Positions 48,579-58,823 of a stretch of 64,000 bases of DNA are shown piece after piece; position 1 is the first letter of the stretch, and every line of letters begins with the position of its first letter. The position numbers were made by a program, and so were the translations under genes. Source of the DNA: an uncultured Collinsella sp. (GTDB lineage: Bacteria; Actinomycetota; Coriobacteriia; Coriobacteriales; Coriobacteriaceae); assembly GCA_900768795.1 (NCBI GenBank), contig CAAGEH010000005.1, forward strand, positions 9,123 through 73,122, given 5' to 3'. The notes under the pieces are model-generated. The model did no database searches. It saw nothing but the letters and a program-made list of their open reading frames with translations, and was not told the DNA's origin.

Positions 48579-49706
48579 ATGGCTGAAGTATCTGGTCCCA
48601 ACGCTCGTATCGAGCGCCTGCGCGGGCTCATGGTTGAACGCGCTTACGATGCGGTCGTCATTCGCGACGAGGCGAATCTTCGTTGGCTCACCGGGGCCAC
48701 GGGCGTTTTCGATTACACGTTCGAGTTCCCGCATGCCGCTTTTATCACCGAAGACGCGTGCTACCTGCATACCGACTCGCGCTATTTCAACAGCTTCAAT
48801 GAGAATCTCCCCGCCGATACGCTCTTCAAGGTCGATATGGACGAGGGGACGATTCCGGCTTGGGTCGCGCGTCGGGCGGCTGACTCGCGTGCTCGCGTCA
48901 TCGCCGTCGAAGACGACATGCAGCTCAATTTCTATCAGGGGATCGTTCGAGGACTGGAGGACCTTTCGCTTGCCGCCTCTCTTCCCCAGATGCACGGTGA
49001 CATTCGCCGCATGCGCGCTATCAAAGATGCTGAGGAGATCGAGCTCATGCGCCATGCCCAGTCTATTACCGATGCCGCATTTGCCCATATGCTCGAGTTC
49101 ATCAAACCGGGCTTGACCGAGAAGCAGGTCCGTACCGAGCTCGAGAACTTCATGTTCAACAACGGTGCCGACTCCCTTGCATTCGGCTCTATCGTTGCCT
49201 CCGGTCCCAATACCGCGAATCCGCATGCTGTTCCCTCCGATCGCGTTATCGAGAAGGGCGACTTCGTCCTGATGGATTACGGCGCGGGCTATCGCGACTA
49301 CAAGTCCGACATGACGCGTACGGTTTGTGTAGGCGAGCCCAACGAAAAGCAGCTCGAGCTGTATGCGCTCGTCCGTCGTACGCACGAGGAATGCGCCGCT
49401 GCCGTTCATGCCGGCGTCAACGGCAGGGACATCTTCGATCTCTCGCGCAAGATTATCGCGGATGCCGGCTACGGTCCGTATTACAATCACGGCCTCGGTC
49501 ATGGAGTCGGTATCGACATCCATGAGATGCCGAATTTCAACCGTCGCGGAGAGACCGTCGAAGAGGGCGCGGTTATCACCATGGAACCGGGCGTGTACCT
49601 TCCCGGTGTCGGCGGCGTAAGGCTTGAGGACTACGGCCTGGTCACCGCTGATGGCTATGAACCCTTTACGCAGTCGTCTCATGACCTCCAAGTTATTCCC
49701 TGCTAA
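48579..49706 (+). CDS. Xaa-Pro aminopeptidase (M24)
   Basis: [13 protein letters not shown]...[22 protein letters not shown] and GVRLED motifs; upstream of efp. Confidence 0.92.
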   Translation: MAEVSGPNARIERLRGLMVERAYDAVVIRDEANLRWLTGATGVFDYTFEFPHAAFITEDACYLHTDSRYFNSFNENLPADTLFKVDMDEGTIPAWVARRAADSRARVIAVEDDMQLNFYQGIVRGLEDLSLAASLPQMHGDIRRMRAIKDAEEIELMRHAQSITDAAFAHMLEFIKPGLTEKQVRTELENFMFNNGADSLAFGSIVASGPNTANPHAVPSDRVIEKGDFVLMDYGAGYRDYKSDMTRTVCVGEPNEKQLELYALVRRTHEECAAAVHAGVNGRDIFDLSRKIIADAGYGPYYNHGLGHGVGIDIHEMPNFNRRGETVEEGAVITMEPGVYLPGVGGVRLEDYGLVTADGYEPFTQSSHDLQVIPC

Positions 49707-49767
49707 GGGTTATACTATGAGATTGTATGAATAACTTTGCTAAACGCATGCAATAAGAAAGGCAATC

Positions 49768-50331
49768 ATGGCAAGCATCACTACTGCTGATTTTAAGAAC
49801 GGCCTCGGTCTTCGCATCAAGGACAAGGTCGTCACCATCGTCGAGTTCCAGCACGTCAAGCCCGGTAAGGGCGGTGCATTCGTCCGCTACAAGACCAAGG
49901 ACATCAAGTCGGGCCGCGTGGTCGAGAACACCTGCAACGCCGGCACCAAGTTCGAGAGCGTCATGCTCACGACTCGTGAGATGCAGTACCTGTACAACGA
50001 CGGTGCGGACTATATCTTCATGGATAACGAGACCTATGAGCAGGTTCCCGTTCCCGAGGATATGGTCGGTGAGAACGCCAAGTGGTTGCGCGAGAACGAT
50101 ACGTGCCAGCTTCTCTTCGCCGAGGATGAGCTCATGGGCGTAACGCCCCCGATGTTCATCGAGTGCACGATCACCCAGACCGACCCCGGCTTCAAGGGAG
50201 ACACCGTCCAGGGCTCCACGAAGCCTGCGACCATTGATACCGGTGCCGTTATTCAGGTCCCGATGTATCTTAACGAGGGCGAGACCATCAAGGTCGACAC
50301 GCGCGACGGCAAGTTCGTTTCCCGCGTCTAG
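49768..50331 (+). CDS. efp: Elongation factor P
   Basis: HVKPGKGGAF, YLYNDG, PGFKGDT and KVDTR motifs. Confidence 0.97.
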   Translation: MASITTADFKNGLGLRIKDKVVTIVEFQHVKPGKGGAFVRYKTKDIKSGRVVENTCNAGTKFESVMLTTREMQYLYNDGADYIFMDNETYEQVPVPEDMVGENAKWLRENDTCQLLFAEDELMGVTPPMFIECTITQTDPGFKGDTVQGSTKPATIDTGAVIQVPMYLNEGETIKVDTRDGKFVSRV

Positions 50332-50355
50332 TTCTTGCTCGATAAAGGAGTAACA

Positions 50356-50718
50356 ATGCCTCAGGAAATTAAGATCGACGGTATCGGAATCGCGCCAGAG
50401 GTGCTCGATGTTATTGTTACGCGCGCTCTCGAGGGTATCGAAGGCGTTGCCTCCGTCGGTGTCAAGGACATCGCGACCAATCTCGTAACGATGATGCTTT
50501 CTTCCAAGTCGCCTGCAACTGAGCCGGCCGTCGATGCGGAGGTCGTTGACGGTAGGCTCGCGCTGACGGTGCGCGTCGTCGTCTTCTTTGGCTATCCTTT
50601 CAAAAAGCTCGCCGAGACCATTCGCGAGGCTGTCGTTGCCGCCATCGATGCTCAGGTCGGCGTTGAGGTCGAGCGCGTGGATGTCTGTATCGACGGTCTC
50701 ATGTTTCCCAAGGAGTAA
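50356..50718 (+). CDS. Asp23/Gls24 family protein (YqhY-like)
   Basis: IAPEVLDVIV...IEGVA, VDVCIDGL; between efp and nusB; RBS AAGGAG. Confidence 0.85.
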   Translation: MPQEIKIDGIGIAPEVLDVIVTRALEGIEGVASVGVKDIATNLVTMMLSSKSPATEPAVDAEVVDGRLALTVRVVVFFGYPFKKLAETIREAVVAAIDAQVGVEVERVDVCIDGLMFPKE

Positions 50719-50721
50719 CCC

Positions 50722-51321
50722 TTGAGTCTTAAGGTTTATCGCGGCCGCACGCTTGCTCGTAGTCAGGCTTTGCAGCTTTTGTTTCAGGCAGAACAGCTCG
50801 ATCGCCCCCTCGAGGACGTCATCTCGGGTGACTATCTTATTTCCAAGGGGCCGCTCAACCCCTATGCCCTCGAGCTTGCACGCGGTGCTTACGAACACAT
50901 CGACCGTATCGATTGCGCGCTTCAGGCCCTTAGCAAAAATTGGTCGCTTGAGCGTATGCCGGGCGCAGACCGCAACATTTTGCGTATTGCCGTTTGGGAG
51001 ATGCGCTTTATGACAGACGACGAGGTCAGCGATGCGGTCGTCATCAACGAGGCTGTCGAGCTTGCCAAGGCATACGGAACCGACGAGTCCTCCTCATTCA
51101 TCAACGGTGTTCTCGGTCGTATTGCGTCCGCTGACGAGCTGCCGGGTGCAGATCTCTACGACAGGATGCTTGCCGAGGACGAGGCCCGCGCCGCGGCTTC
51201 ATTCGAGGCGCAGGATTCTCCTGCTACGGTCGATGGAGATTCTTCCGATGATGCACTCGATCCTCCTGTTGTCAGCGTTGAGTCTGATGAGGTTGTTTCC
51301 TCAGAGCCAAACGGTGAATAG
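50722..51321 (+). CDS. nusB: Transcription antitermination factor NusB
   Basis: ARSQALQLLFQ, DRNILRIA, INEAVELAK and FINGVL motifs. Confidence 0.94.
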   Translation: MSLKVYRGRTLARSQALQLLFQAEQLDRPLEDVISGDYLISKGPLNPYALELARGAYEHIDRIDCALQALSKNWSLERMPGADRNILRIAVWEMRFMTDDEVSDAVVINEAVELAKAYGTDESSSFINGVLGRIASADELPGADLYDRMLAEDEARAAASFEAQDSPATVDGDSSDDALDPPVVSVESDEVVSSEPNGE

Positions 51322-51323
51322 CC

Positions 51324-51575
51324 ATGGCTGCTGCTTCACGGGATTTTGATGAGATAACGTCTCGTCTCGATGAGATCGTTGCCGCGGTCCGCTCTAAGGA
51401 CACTTCTCTTGAGCGTAGCCTCGATCTTTTCGATGAGGCTATCAGTCTCGGTTCCAAGGCGGTCGATATGGTCGACTCCTTCGAGCTATCTCCACGAGAA
51501 GCGGAGCAGCTCGAGCGGGAATATGAGAGTGACGCCTCTTCCGAAGACCCCGAATCAAAGTCGGATGCACAATGA
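51324..51575 (+). CDS. xseB: Exodeoxyribonuclease VII small subunit
   Basis: FDEITSRLDEIV...SLERSLDLFDEA helix pattern; nusB-tlyA context. Confidence 0.82.
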   Translation: MAAASRDFDEITSRLDEIVAAVRSKDTSLERSLDLFDEAISLGSKAVDMVDSFELSPREAEQLEREYESDASSEDPESKSDAQ

Positions 51576-52375
51576 AGCGTGTTCGTCTCGATGATGAATT
51601 AATTGCCCAGGGCATCTGTGCTGACCGCGCGGATGCCCTTCGTACATGCATGGCCGGTTTGGTTTCCGCTCACGGAGAACGCCTCACTTCACCTGGTATG
51701 AAGATCGAACCTGGCATATCGCTTCACGTTAAGGGGCGTCTTCCCTATGTGAGCCGCGGCGGCCTTAAGCTCGAGGGGGCGCTCGATGCCTTTGGGCTCA
51801 ACCCTCTCGGCATGCATTGCATCGATATCGGATGCTCGACGGGTGGGTTTACCGATTGCCTGCTCAAGCGCGGTGCCGCTCATGTCGTGAGCGTCGATGT
51901 CGGACGTGCTCAGTTTGACTGGTCGCTTAGAAACGATGACCGCGTAACGCTTTTAGAGAAGACGAACATCGTTGACGTGCCGGGCATGGGCTTTGAGTCG
52001 ACTTTTGACCTTGCCGTTTGCGATGTCTCATTTACCTGCATCGCTAACATTATCGATGCCGTGATGCTCTGCCTTTCTAAGACAGGAAAATTCTGTACGC
52101 TCGTGAAGCCTCAGTTTGAGGCGCGCCCCGGGGACGTTTCGGAAGGCGGGATCGTTCGAGACCCGTCTGTGAGGCGGAATGTTCTCTGCAACGTCATCGA
52201 TTTGTTTTCTCGGGTCGGTTTCTATCCGCAAGATGTTTGCGAGTCTCCCATCCACGGTGCAAAAGGGAATGTCGAGTATTTCTTGCTTGGCGATCGGTCG
52301 ATGTTTTCCGCCGTTTCATCTGATGAAATGACCGCTCAGGTCGAAAAGCTCAAGAGTAAGGTCGATGCGCTGTGA
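51572..52375 (+). CDS. tlyA: TlyA-family rRNA 2'-O-methyltransferase
   Basis: RLD S4 start, YVSRGGLKL, DIGCSTGGFTD, DVSF and LVKPQFE motifs. Confidence 0.93.
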   Translation: MKRVRLDDELIAQGICADRADALRTCMAGLVSAHGERLTSPGMKIEPGISLHVKGRLPYVSRGGLKLEGALDAFGLNPLGMHCIDIGCSTGGFTDCLLKRGAAHVVSVDVGRAQFDWSLRNDDRVTLLEKTNIVDVPGMGFESTFDLAVCDVSFTCIANIIDAVMLCLSKTGKFCTLVKPQFEARPGDVSEGGIVRDPSVRRNVLCNVIDLFSRVGFYPQDVCESPIHGAKGNVEYFLLGDRSMFSAVSSDEMTAQVEKLKSKVDAL

Positions 52376-53232
52376 AGGTGTTTATTGTTCCCAATTACTA
52401 TAAGCAGGAGGCTGTTGAAAGCGGCCTCATGCTCGAGCTTTGGCTTTCGCGACAGGGCTATGAAGTCGTCTGGGCGGCAGACCAGCGAATGAAAATCGAA
52501 TCGGTACCCGATATCGATGGCTGCGACCTTGTTATCACGCTCGGGGGAGACGGTACGCTTCTGCGCGCTGCCCGCATCGTTGGATATCGTGAAATCCCCA
52601 TTCTAGGGCTTTCCTATGGGCATCTGGGATTCTTAACGGCAGCCTCTCCCGAGGAAACAGACATCTTGTCGGTCGTCTCCGATGCGCTTTCGGGTGAGCT
52701 TCATGTGAGTCGTCGCTCGACTATCTCCTGCGATATCGTTTCCGTTGATGACGACGGTTCGGAACAAACCGCACATTCGTTTGCCTTGAACGATATGGCG
52801 CTTACGCGAGGTCCGCTTTCCGATATGGTCGAGTTCGACATCACGGTTTCCGGTCATCATATCGACCGTCTGCGCGGCGATGGCGTCGTCGTGTCGACCG
52901 CTACGGGCTCCACTGGCTATGCGCTGTCCGCTGGCGGCCCGATCGTTACGCCCGATTTCACCGGATTGATTTGCGTCCCCATCGCTCCTCATACCATTCA
53001 GGCACGTGCCTTTTTGACCTCGCCTTCCGATGTCGTCGAGATCAAGATGTCCAAAGATAGGCCTTCCGTTCCCGCCATCGCCGTCGATGGACAGTTTATC
53101 CAAAGCGAGGGAACGGTCGATAGCGTTGTCGTCCGACGTGGTCCGGGTGATGTTCTCTTGCTCGATTACGGTCCCGAAAGTTTCTACAATTCGGTATCTC
53201 GCGTCTTTTACGGAGTCCGTCATGATCGATGA
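52372..53232 (+). CDS. nadK: NAD kinase
   Basis: GGDGT, GHLGFL, LND and DGVVVSTATGSTGYALSAGGP motifs. Confidence 0.94.
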   Translation: MKVFIVPNYYKQEAVESGLMLELWLSRQGYEVVWAADQRMKIESVPDIDGCDLVITLGGDGTLLRAARIVGYREIPILGLSYGHLGFLTAASPEETDILSVVSDALSGELHVSRRSTISCDIVSVDDDGSEQTAHSFALNDMALTRGPLSDMVEFDITVSGHHIDRLRGDGVVVSTATGSTGYALSAGGPIVTPDFTGLICVPIAPHTIQARAFLTSPSDVVEIKMSKDRPSVPAIAVDGQFIQSEGTVDSVVVRRGPGDVLLLDYGPESFYNSVSRVFYGVRHDR

Positions 53233-54859
53233 GATCCAGGTAGACAATCTTGCCCTGATTCGCCATGCGGACTTCGTGCCTTGCACCGGTCTTACCGTTC
53301 TAACGGGTGAGACGGGTGCAGGAAAGACTGCCTTGCTCTCGGCTTTAAAGCTCATCGTCGGTGAGCGCGCTGATTCCGCAATGGTTCGTGAGGGCGAGGA
53401 TTCCGCCTGCGTTACGGCTCGGCTATTTAGAGAGCCCCATGATCTCGAGGGGCTTTGCGTTTCACGTCGTGTTTCGGCTGACGGTAGGAGCCGTGCGAGG
53501 ATCGACGGGGCGCCCTCGAGCGTCAAAGAGCTTGGATTGCGTGTCGGTCCCTTGATCGAGCTTTGTGGCCAGCATGAGCACCAGCGCTTGCTTGATCCTG
53601 CAACGCATGTCGCTCTGCTCGATGCCTGGATCGGGACGCCTGCGACAGACGCTCTCGCGGCATATCACGACGCGCGAAAGCAGGCTGCTGATGCGCGTGC
53701 GGAGCTCAAGCGTGTCGAGGACGCTTCGCGCGCGCAGGGTTCCCGCATCGAAGAGGCTCGCTTCTTTTCCGATCGCATGGACGAGATCGATCCAAAACCC
53801 GGTGAAATCGAGCATCTCGAAGAGCTACTGCCGCGTGCTGAACATGCGGAGGCACTTGTGACGAGTGCGAGCGCATCCGAGGACAGCATTTCATCCGAGG
53901 GCGGCGCTCTCGATTCACTCAATAGCGCTGCCTACGAGCTTGAGCACATGGAGTCTGTCGACCCTGCGCTCGGACGCATTGCCGAGGAGCTTAACGGTGC
54001 TATCGTCACTATCGAGGATGTCGCATCGGAGCTCAGGGCATATCGCGATTCGATTGATTTCGACCCTGCAGCGCTCAAACAGATGCAGGAACGCTATGTT
54101 GACCTTGCATCCCTGATGCGCCAATACGGTCCGACCATGTATGACGTTTTCGCTCGTTTCGATCGGACCCGGGAGCTTCTCGATCTGGTTGACGATGGAG
54201 AGCAGCGCATCGCGCAGGCGAGGGCGCGCGTCACCCAAGCTGAAAACGAGCTCAGCGAATGCGCCTACGCGCTTTCCAAGGTCCGTCGCTCCTATGCGCC
54301 GCGCTTTTGTAGGGAAGTCGCACGTCAGATGGCGCGTCTCGAGATGGGTCATGCGGAGCTCGTTTGGCATGCTCGCGATCTCGATCGAAGTCAATGGACC
54401 GATGCGGGTTCCGAATCCTGTGAATTTCTGTATCGCGGAGCCAAAGGGCTCACGCCTCGCCCTTTGCGCAGGATAGCTTCCGGCGGCGAGCTCTCTCGCG
54501 TCATGCTCGCTGTCAAGGTTGTGCTCGGCGAGGCCGATGGCACTCAAACGCTCGTCTTCGACGAAGTCGATGCGGGCGTTGGCGGAACTACCGCGCGCGC
54601 TCTTGCCGGCGTTCTTGCTGACCTGGCGCAGACGCATCAGGTCGTTGTCGTCACCCATCTTGCTCAGGTGGCCGTCATGGCGGCAAAACACTATGTCGTC
54701 TCCAAGAGCGCGGGCGATATGCCGGAGACGTCTCTTCTCGAGGTTACGGGCGATGCGCGTGTGGGTGAAATCGCCCGCATGCTTTCAGGCGACAACAGCG
54801 ACCTTTCGCGTGAACATGCACTCCAGATGCTCGACGAAGCTAAGGGATGTCGCGCTTAG
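53222..54859 (+). CDS. recN: DNA repair protein RecN
   Basis: TGETGAGKT, ASGGELSR, FDEVDAG, THLAQVA and EIARMLSG motifs. Confidence 0.95.
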   Translation: MIDEIQVDNLALIRHADFVPCTGLTVLTGETGAGKTALLSALKLIVGERADSAMVREGEDSACVTARLFREPHDLEGLCVSRRVSADGRSRARIDGAPSSVKELGLRVGPLIELCGQHEHQRLLDPATHVALLDAWIGTPATDALAAYHDARKQAADARAELKRVEDASRAQGSRIEEARFFSDRMDEIDPKPGEIEHLEELLPRAEHAEALVTSASASEDSISSEGGALDSLNSAAYELEHMESVDPALGRIAEELNGAIVTIEDVASELRAYRDSIDFDPAALKQMQERYVDLASLMRQYGPTMYDVFARFDRTRELLDLVDDGEQRIAQARARVTQAENELSECAYALSKVRRSYAPRFCREVARQMARLEMGHAELVWHARDLDRSQWTDAGSESCEFLYRGAKGLTPRPLRRIASGGELSRVMLAVKVVLGEADGTQTLVFDEVDAGVGGTTARALAGVLADLAQTHQVVVVTHLAQVAVMAAKHYVVSKSAGDMPETSLLEVTGDARVGEIARMLSGDNSDLSREHALQMLDEAKGCRA

Positions 54860-55293
54860 GCTTGTAGGCGCTCCTTTATCAGTTCGAGTGCATGGACGTA
54901 CCCGTGAAAGCCCTCTCCGGTGATGGTTGCGAAACATGCTTGGCGCACATAGCTAACTTGCCTGAAATCCTCTCGCTTTTCGACAGCTGAGATATGTACC
55001 TCGACTGTCGGGATCGACACGGCTTTGAGCGCATCGAGGATCGCCACGCTCGTATGGGTGTATGCTGCGGGATTGATGACGATACCGTCGATTTTTCCGT
55101 ATGCATCTTGGATTTTGTCGACCAGGTCGCCCTCATGATTCGATTGATAGCATTCAACGCTTTCAAATCCGAGGTCGCGACCTGATCTTTGACAGAGTTT
55201 TACAAGCTCATCGTATGATTCAGACCCGTAGATACCTGGCTCGCGAATGCCGAGCATATTGAGGTTCGGACCGTTTATAACCAGCGCTTTCAT
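54856..55293 (-). CDS. aroQ: Type II 3-dehydroquinate dehydratase
   Basis: NGPNLNMLGIREPGIYG, QSNHEG, NPAAYTHTS and EVHIS motifs. Confidence 0.95.
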   Translation of the reverse strand: MKALVINGPNLNMLGIREPGIYGSESYDELVKLCQRSGRDLGFESVECYQSNHEGDLVDKIQDAYGKIDGIVINPAAYTHTSVAILDALKAVSIPTVEVHISAVEKREDFRQVSYVRQACFATITGEGFHGYVHALELIKERLQA

Positions 55294-55311
55294 GCGTCCT
55301 CGTTTCTGTCT

Positions 55312-56556
55312 CTATATATCAAGTTGGGACGGTAGGACAGCAGCAAGTGCCTCGGCTGTCGCTTGGGCGCTTTCGCGCGATCTGATGACGATGTCCGCCC
55401 ATGCGCGATACAGCGGTAAACGCTGCTGTGCGAGCTTGTCGATTCCGTCCCGCTGCGTGATGGGCCTCCCTTTGCTTGAAAGCTCATCAAGATTTCTGTC
55501 GAGCATGCAGATCGTTGCGTTCTGATGCAGAAGCGGATAGTTATCGGGCCGCGTTACGGCTCCTCCTCCCGTAGAGATCACGAGTCTGGATTGCATTCCG
55601 ATTCGTTTGATGACCTCGGTCTCCTTATCGCGAAATCGTTTCTCTCCATTTTCGCGGATATAGCGGTCGCAGGGACATTTGAGCTCATGTTCTAGCTCTT
55701 GGTCTATATCGACATGTCTGCGTCCGAGGATTTTTGCAAGTGCTATGCCGACGCGCGTTTTTCCAGAACCCGGCATTCCGATGAGCGCCACGTTCTTTTC
55801 GGCGGCTGCGAGTCGTTTGCTTACGTCTTGAATACGCTCAAACGGTATGGTGTTTCCGAAGAATCTTTCATCTGCTCGTGCAGCCTGCGCCACGAGCATG
55901 AGTAAACCGTTCACATGGGGGATGTTCAGCTTTTCAGCTTCAAGAAGGATGCCGGTCAGGCTCGGGTTGTAGACGATGTCGGCAACAGCTTCAAGTCTAT
56001 GGAACTTTTCGAGCGATAGGGGTGCGTCGGGACAGTTGGGATACATTCCGACAGGTGTCGCATTGACGATGAGCGCTGCATCGAGATACGCATCGAGGTC
56101 CTTGTAGGTGACGCCCCTCGAGCGGCTTACGGGAACAACTTCTGCGCCTAGATCGTCGAGAACCATGCATACGGTCGTCCCCGCTCCGCCTGTTCCCCCC
56201 AGAACGAGCACGCGTTTGCCCTTAACATCGCAATCAAGCGTTTTAAGGATGCAGGTGAAGCCGTATGCATCGGTGTTGTCGCCAAGGAGTTTCCCCTCAG
56301 GCGTCCTCACGATCGTGTTGACGTTTCCCATGCGTCTTGCCGTTTCGGTAAGTTCATCCATCGCGGCGAACGCTGCTTTTTTGTAGGGAACGGTAACGTT
56401 GAGTCCCGACCAGCTGTCGCTTCCCAAGAACTCTTCGACATCTTTGGGTTCTCTCTCGAAGCATACATAGTCGATTCCTACTAGCGCACGGTGAATCTGA
56501 GGGCTGTAGCTGTGTTTGAGCGTTCTGCCTAAAAGGCCAAAGGGTGCAGAGCTCAT
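55312..56556 (-). CDS. aroE: Fused shikimate dehydrogenase-shikimate kinase
   Basis: N-terminal HSYSPQIH, NVTVPYK, NTD, NATPVGM; C-terminal GMPGSGKT, GEKRFR, GGG, RP. Confidence 0.9.
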   Translation of the reverse strand: MSSAPFGLLGRTLKHSYSPQIHRALVGIDYVCFEREPKDVEEFLGSDSWSGLNVTVPYKKAAFAAMDELTETARRMGNVNTIVRTPEGKLLGDNTDAYGFTCILKTLDCDVKGKRVLVLGGTGGAGTTVCMVLDDLGAEVVPVSRSRGVTYKDLDAYLDAALIVNATPVGMYPNCPDAPLSLEKFHRLEAVADIVYNPSLTGILLEAEKLNIPHVNGLLMLVAQAARADERFFGNTIPFERIQDVSKRLAAAEKNVALIGMPGSGKTRVGIALAKILGRRHVDIDQELEHELKCPCDRYIRENGEKRFRDKETEVIKRIGMQSRLVISTGGGAVTRPDNYPLLHQNATICMLDRNLDELSSKGRPITQRDGIDKLAQQRLPLYRAWADIVIRSRESAQATAEALAAVLPSQLDI

Positions 56557-57701
56557 CAGAGCACCTCTGCGTAACTGCCGAAATACGTCAGCGATGGGCA
56601 CATATCGTCGAGCGTGGCGAGCAGCCCGGTCATTCCATCGGTGCCAGACGGGCATTCAAGGTCGAAATAGAACATGAACTCATTGTTTCTGCTCGGAATC
56701 GGGCGACTCTCAAGTTTTACCAGATTGATATCGAGGGCGTAGAAGCATTCGAGAACATGGTAGAGCGCGCCCGGTTTGCTTTCGAGTGTGAGCATGAGGG
56801 ATGCCTTCGTGGCGCCCGGGTAGACCATGTTTTTACGCGATATGACGACAAATCGCGTGTAGTTGTTATCGTTATCCTGGACGTCCGATTGCAGTACGTC
56901 CAGACCGTACAGGGAGGCGCAGTCACGAGAGGAAAGGGCCGCCAGGTCTTTCCTCTCGGACGCGGAAACGATTTCCGCAGCGCGCGCGGTGTTCTCTACA
57001 ACGGTCGTACGTACCCCGAGACCTTTCAGGTAGGATTCGCATTGCGCGAGCGCCTGTTCATGCGAGACGACTTCATGAATATCGGTGATGCTTGCGCCGT
57101 GCTTCGCGAGCAGGTTGTGATCGATTTTGAGCCTGAGAGCGCGCTCGATCGAGAACTTGTATTTGGCAAGTAGATCGTAGACGGCATTTACCGATCCGGC
57201 TGTCGAGTTTTCGATGGGGAGGACGCCGAATTCGCAAAAACCATCGGATACCGCCTTAAAGACGCCTTCGAAGGTATCGAAAAACGTGATCCCCGGGACC
57301 TCGAACAATCTGCATGCCGCAATCTGGCTATAGGCTCCCTCAACGCCTTGGCAGGCGACCGTCGCCGTTGCCGGAAACGGTTTATCCGAGCAGACGTATT
57401 CGTATGCAGTTCTAGTAACAGCGTCGGATGCGCTGAGAGATGCGATATATCGCGCCTGTTCGGTTTTGCTCATGCTCATGAGCAGGGAAAAGAGAGAGAT
57501 CGCTTGGGGTTTGTAGCGGTCTGGGACGCGTTCTGCCACAGAAAGCAACTTGTTGCGCTCGCGTTCCGGGTCAAAAATACGCTTGCCGGTTTTCGCCTTG
57601 GCCTTCGCCACCTCGTCGGCGATGTCCATGCGGCGAATAAACGCGTCGATGAGCGTGCTGTCTATCTGATCGATCTCTTCGCGGATTTCGGTGAGTTCCA
57701 T
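56556..57701 (-). CDS. pheA: Chorismate mutase/prephenate dehydratase (P-protein)
   Basis: IREEIDQID CM domain; GVEGAYS, PIENSTAG, NYTRF and ACT LESRP motifs. Confidence 0.93.
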   Translation of the reverse strand: MELTEIREEIDQIDSTLIDAFIRRMDIADEVAKAKAKTGKRIFDPERERNKLLSVAERVPDRYKPQAISLFSLLMSMSKTEQARYIASLSASDAVTRTAYEYVCSDKPFPATATVACQGVEGAYSQIAACRLFEVPGITFFDTFEGVFKAVSDGFCEFGVLPIENSTAGSVNAVYDLLAKYKFSIERALRLKIDHNLLAKHGASITDIHEVVSHEQALAQCESYLKGLGVRTTVVENTARAAEIVSASERKDLAALSSRDCASLYGLDVLQSDVQDNDNNYTRFVVISRKNMVYPGATKASLMLTLESKPGALYHVLECFYALDINLVKLESRPIPSRNNEFMFYFDLECPSGTDGMTGLLATLDDMCPSLTYFGSYAEVL

Positions 57702-57704
57702 TTT

Positions 57705-58820
57705 CTATTCCGTTTCGGTATTGACGAGCTCGTTGAAGCGGCCGTCTTCGAGTATCGTGTCGAGTACGGCGAGAGCGCAGGCAGCTTCGGCGACGGGTAC
57801 AGCTCTGGGGACGATGCAGGGATCATGCCTGCCTTTTATCACGAGCTCTCGGTCGGTTTGCTCATCAAGGTCAACGGTGAGCTGCGTCTTGCCGATTGAA
57901 GGCGTGGGTTTAACTGCCGCACGCCACATAAGCGGCTCGCCGGTTGTGATTCCGCCGAGAATTCCGCCGGCGTTGTTGGAGTTGAGCGTTACCCTTCCGT
58001 CGCGCATCCGATACTCGTCGTTGTTCTCCGATCCGCGCATGGCGGCAACGGCAAAACCTGCACCGAATTCGACGCCCTTCACCGCCGGTATGGCGAAGAC
58101 GGCGGAAGCGATCCGGTTTTCCATGCCGTCGAACATCGGGTCACCCAAGCCCGTTGGAAGTCCATATACGCCGCATTCGATGACGCCGCCGACGCTATCG
58201 AGATCGGCTACAGCCGAGCGCACCTCCTCAAGCATCAGCTCGGAGGCGTCCGAATCGATCGTCGGCAGAGGATTGCTTAAGATGCTCTTACGGTCTTCCA
58301 GACGGTACGTTTGGTCATCCATGGGAAGGTCGAACGCTCCTCCGATTTGCGCCACGTGAGCCATGATCTTGATGCCCATATGCTCGAGCGCCTGCAGGGC
58401 GATGCCCCCGGCGATGCAGAGCGGTGCTGTGAGACGTCCCGAGAAATGGCCCCCTCCCGCCACATCGTGCTTGTTCTCGTATTTGACGCGCGCGGGGTAG
58501 TCGGCATGGCCGGGTCTCGGGGCTTTTCTCAGTTCCGAGTAGTCCTTGGAGCGCGTGTTCGTATTATCGATCGTTGCCGCGATGGGTGCGCCGCACGTGT
58601 GCCCGTCTACGATTCCCGCAATGATGTTGACGCGGTCGGCTTCCTTGCGCTTCGTGGACGTTTCGCCCTTGCCGGGTGCCCTTCGGTCCATAAAACGCTG
58701 CAATTCTTCGAGATCGACGGGGATTCCCGCTGGAATTCCATCGAGAGAGCATCCAATGGCGGGGGAGTGCGACTGACCGAATATGCTGAGATGCAGCACG
58801 TTTCCGTACGTAGATGACAT
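57705..58820 (-). CDS. aroC: Chorismate synthase
   Basis: FGQSHS, RPGHAD, SGRLTA, KPTPSI and GRHDPCI motifs. Confidence 0.96.
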   Translation of the reverse strand: MSSTYGNVLHLSIFGQSHSPAIGCSLDGIPAGIPVDLEELQRFMDRRAPGKGETSTKRKEADRVNIIAGIVDGHTCGAPIAATIDNTNTRSKDYSELRKAPRPGHADYPARVKYENKHDVAGGGHFSGRLTAPLCIAGGIALQALEHMGIKIMAHVAQIGGAFDLPMDDQTYRLEDRKSILSNPLPTIDSDASELMLEEVRSAVADLDSVGGVIECGVYGLPTGLGDPMFDGMENRIASAVFAIPAVKGVEFGAGFAVAAMRGSENNDEYRMRDGRVTLNSNNAGGILGGITTGEPLMWRAAVKPTPSIGKTQLTVDLDEQTDRELVIKGRHDPCIVPRAVPVAEAACALAVLDTILEDGRFNELVNTETE

Positions 58821-58823
58821 CGT

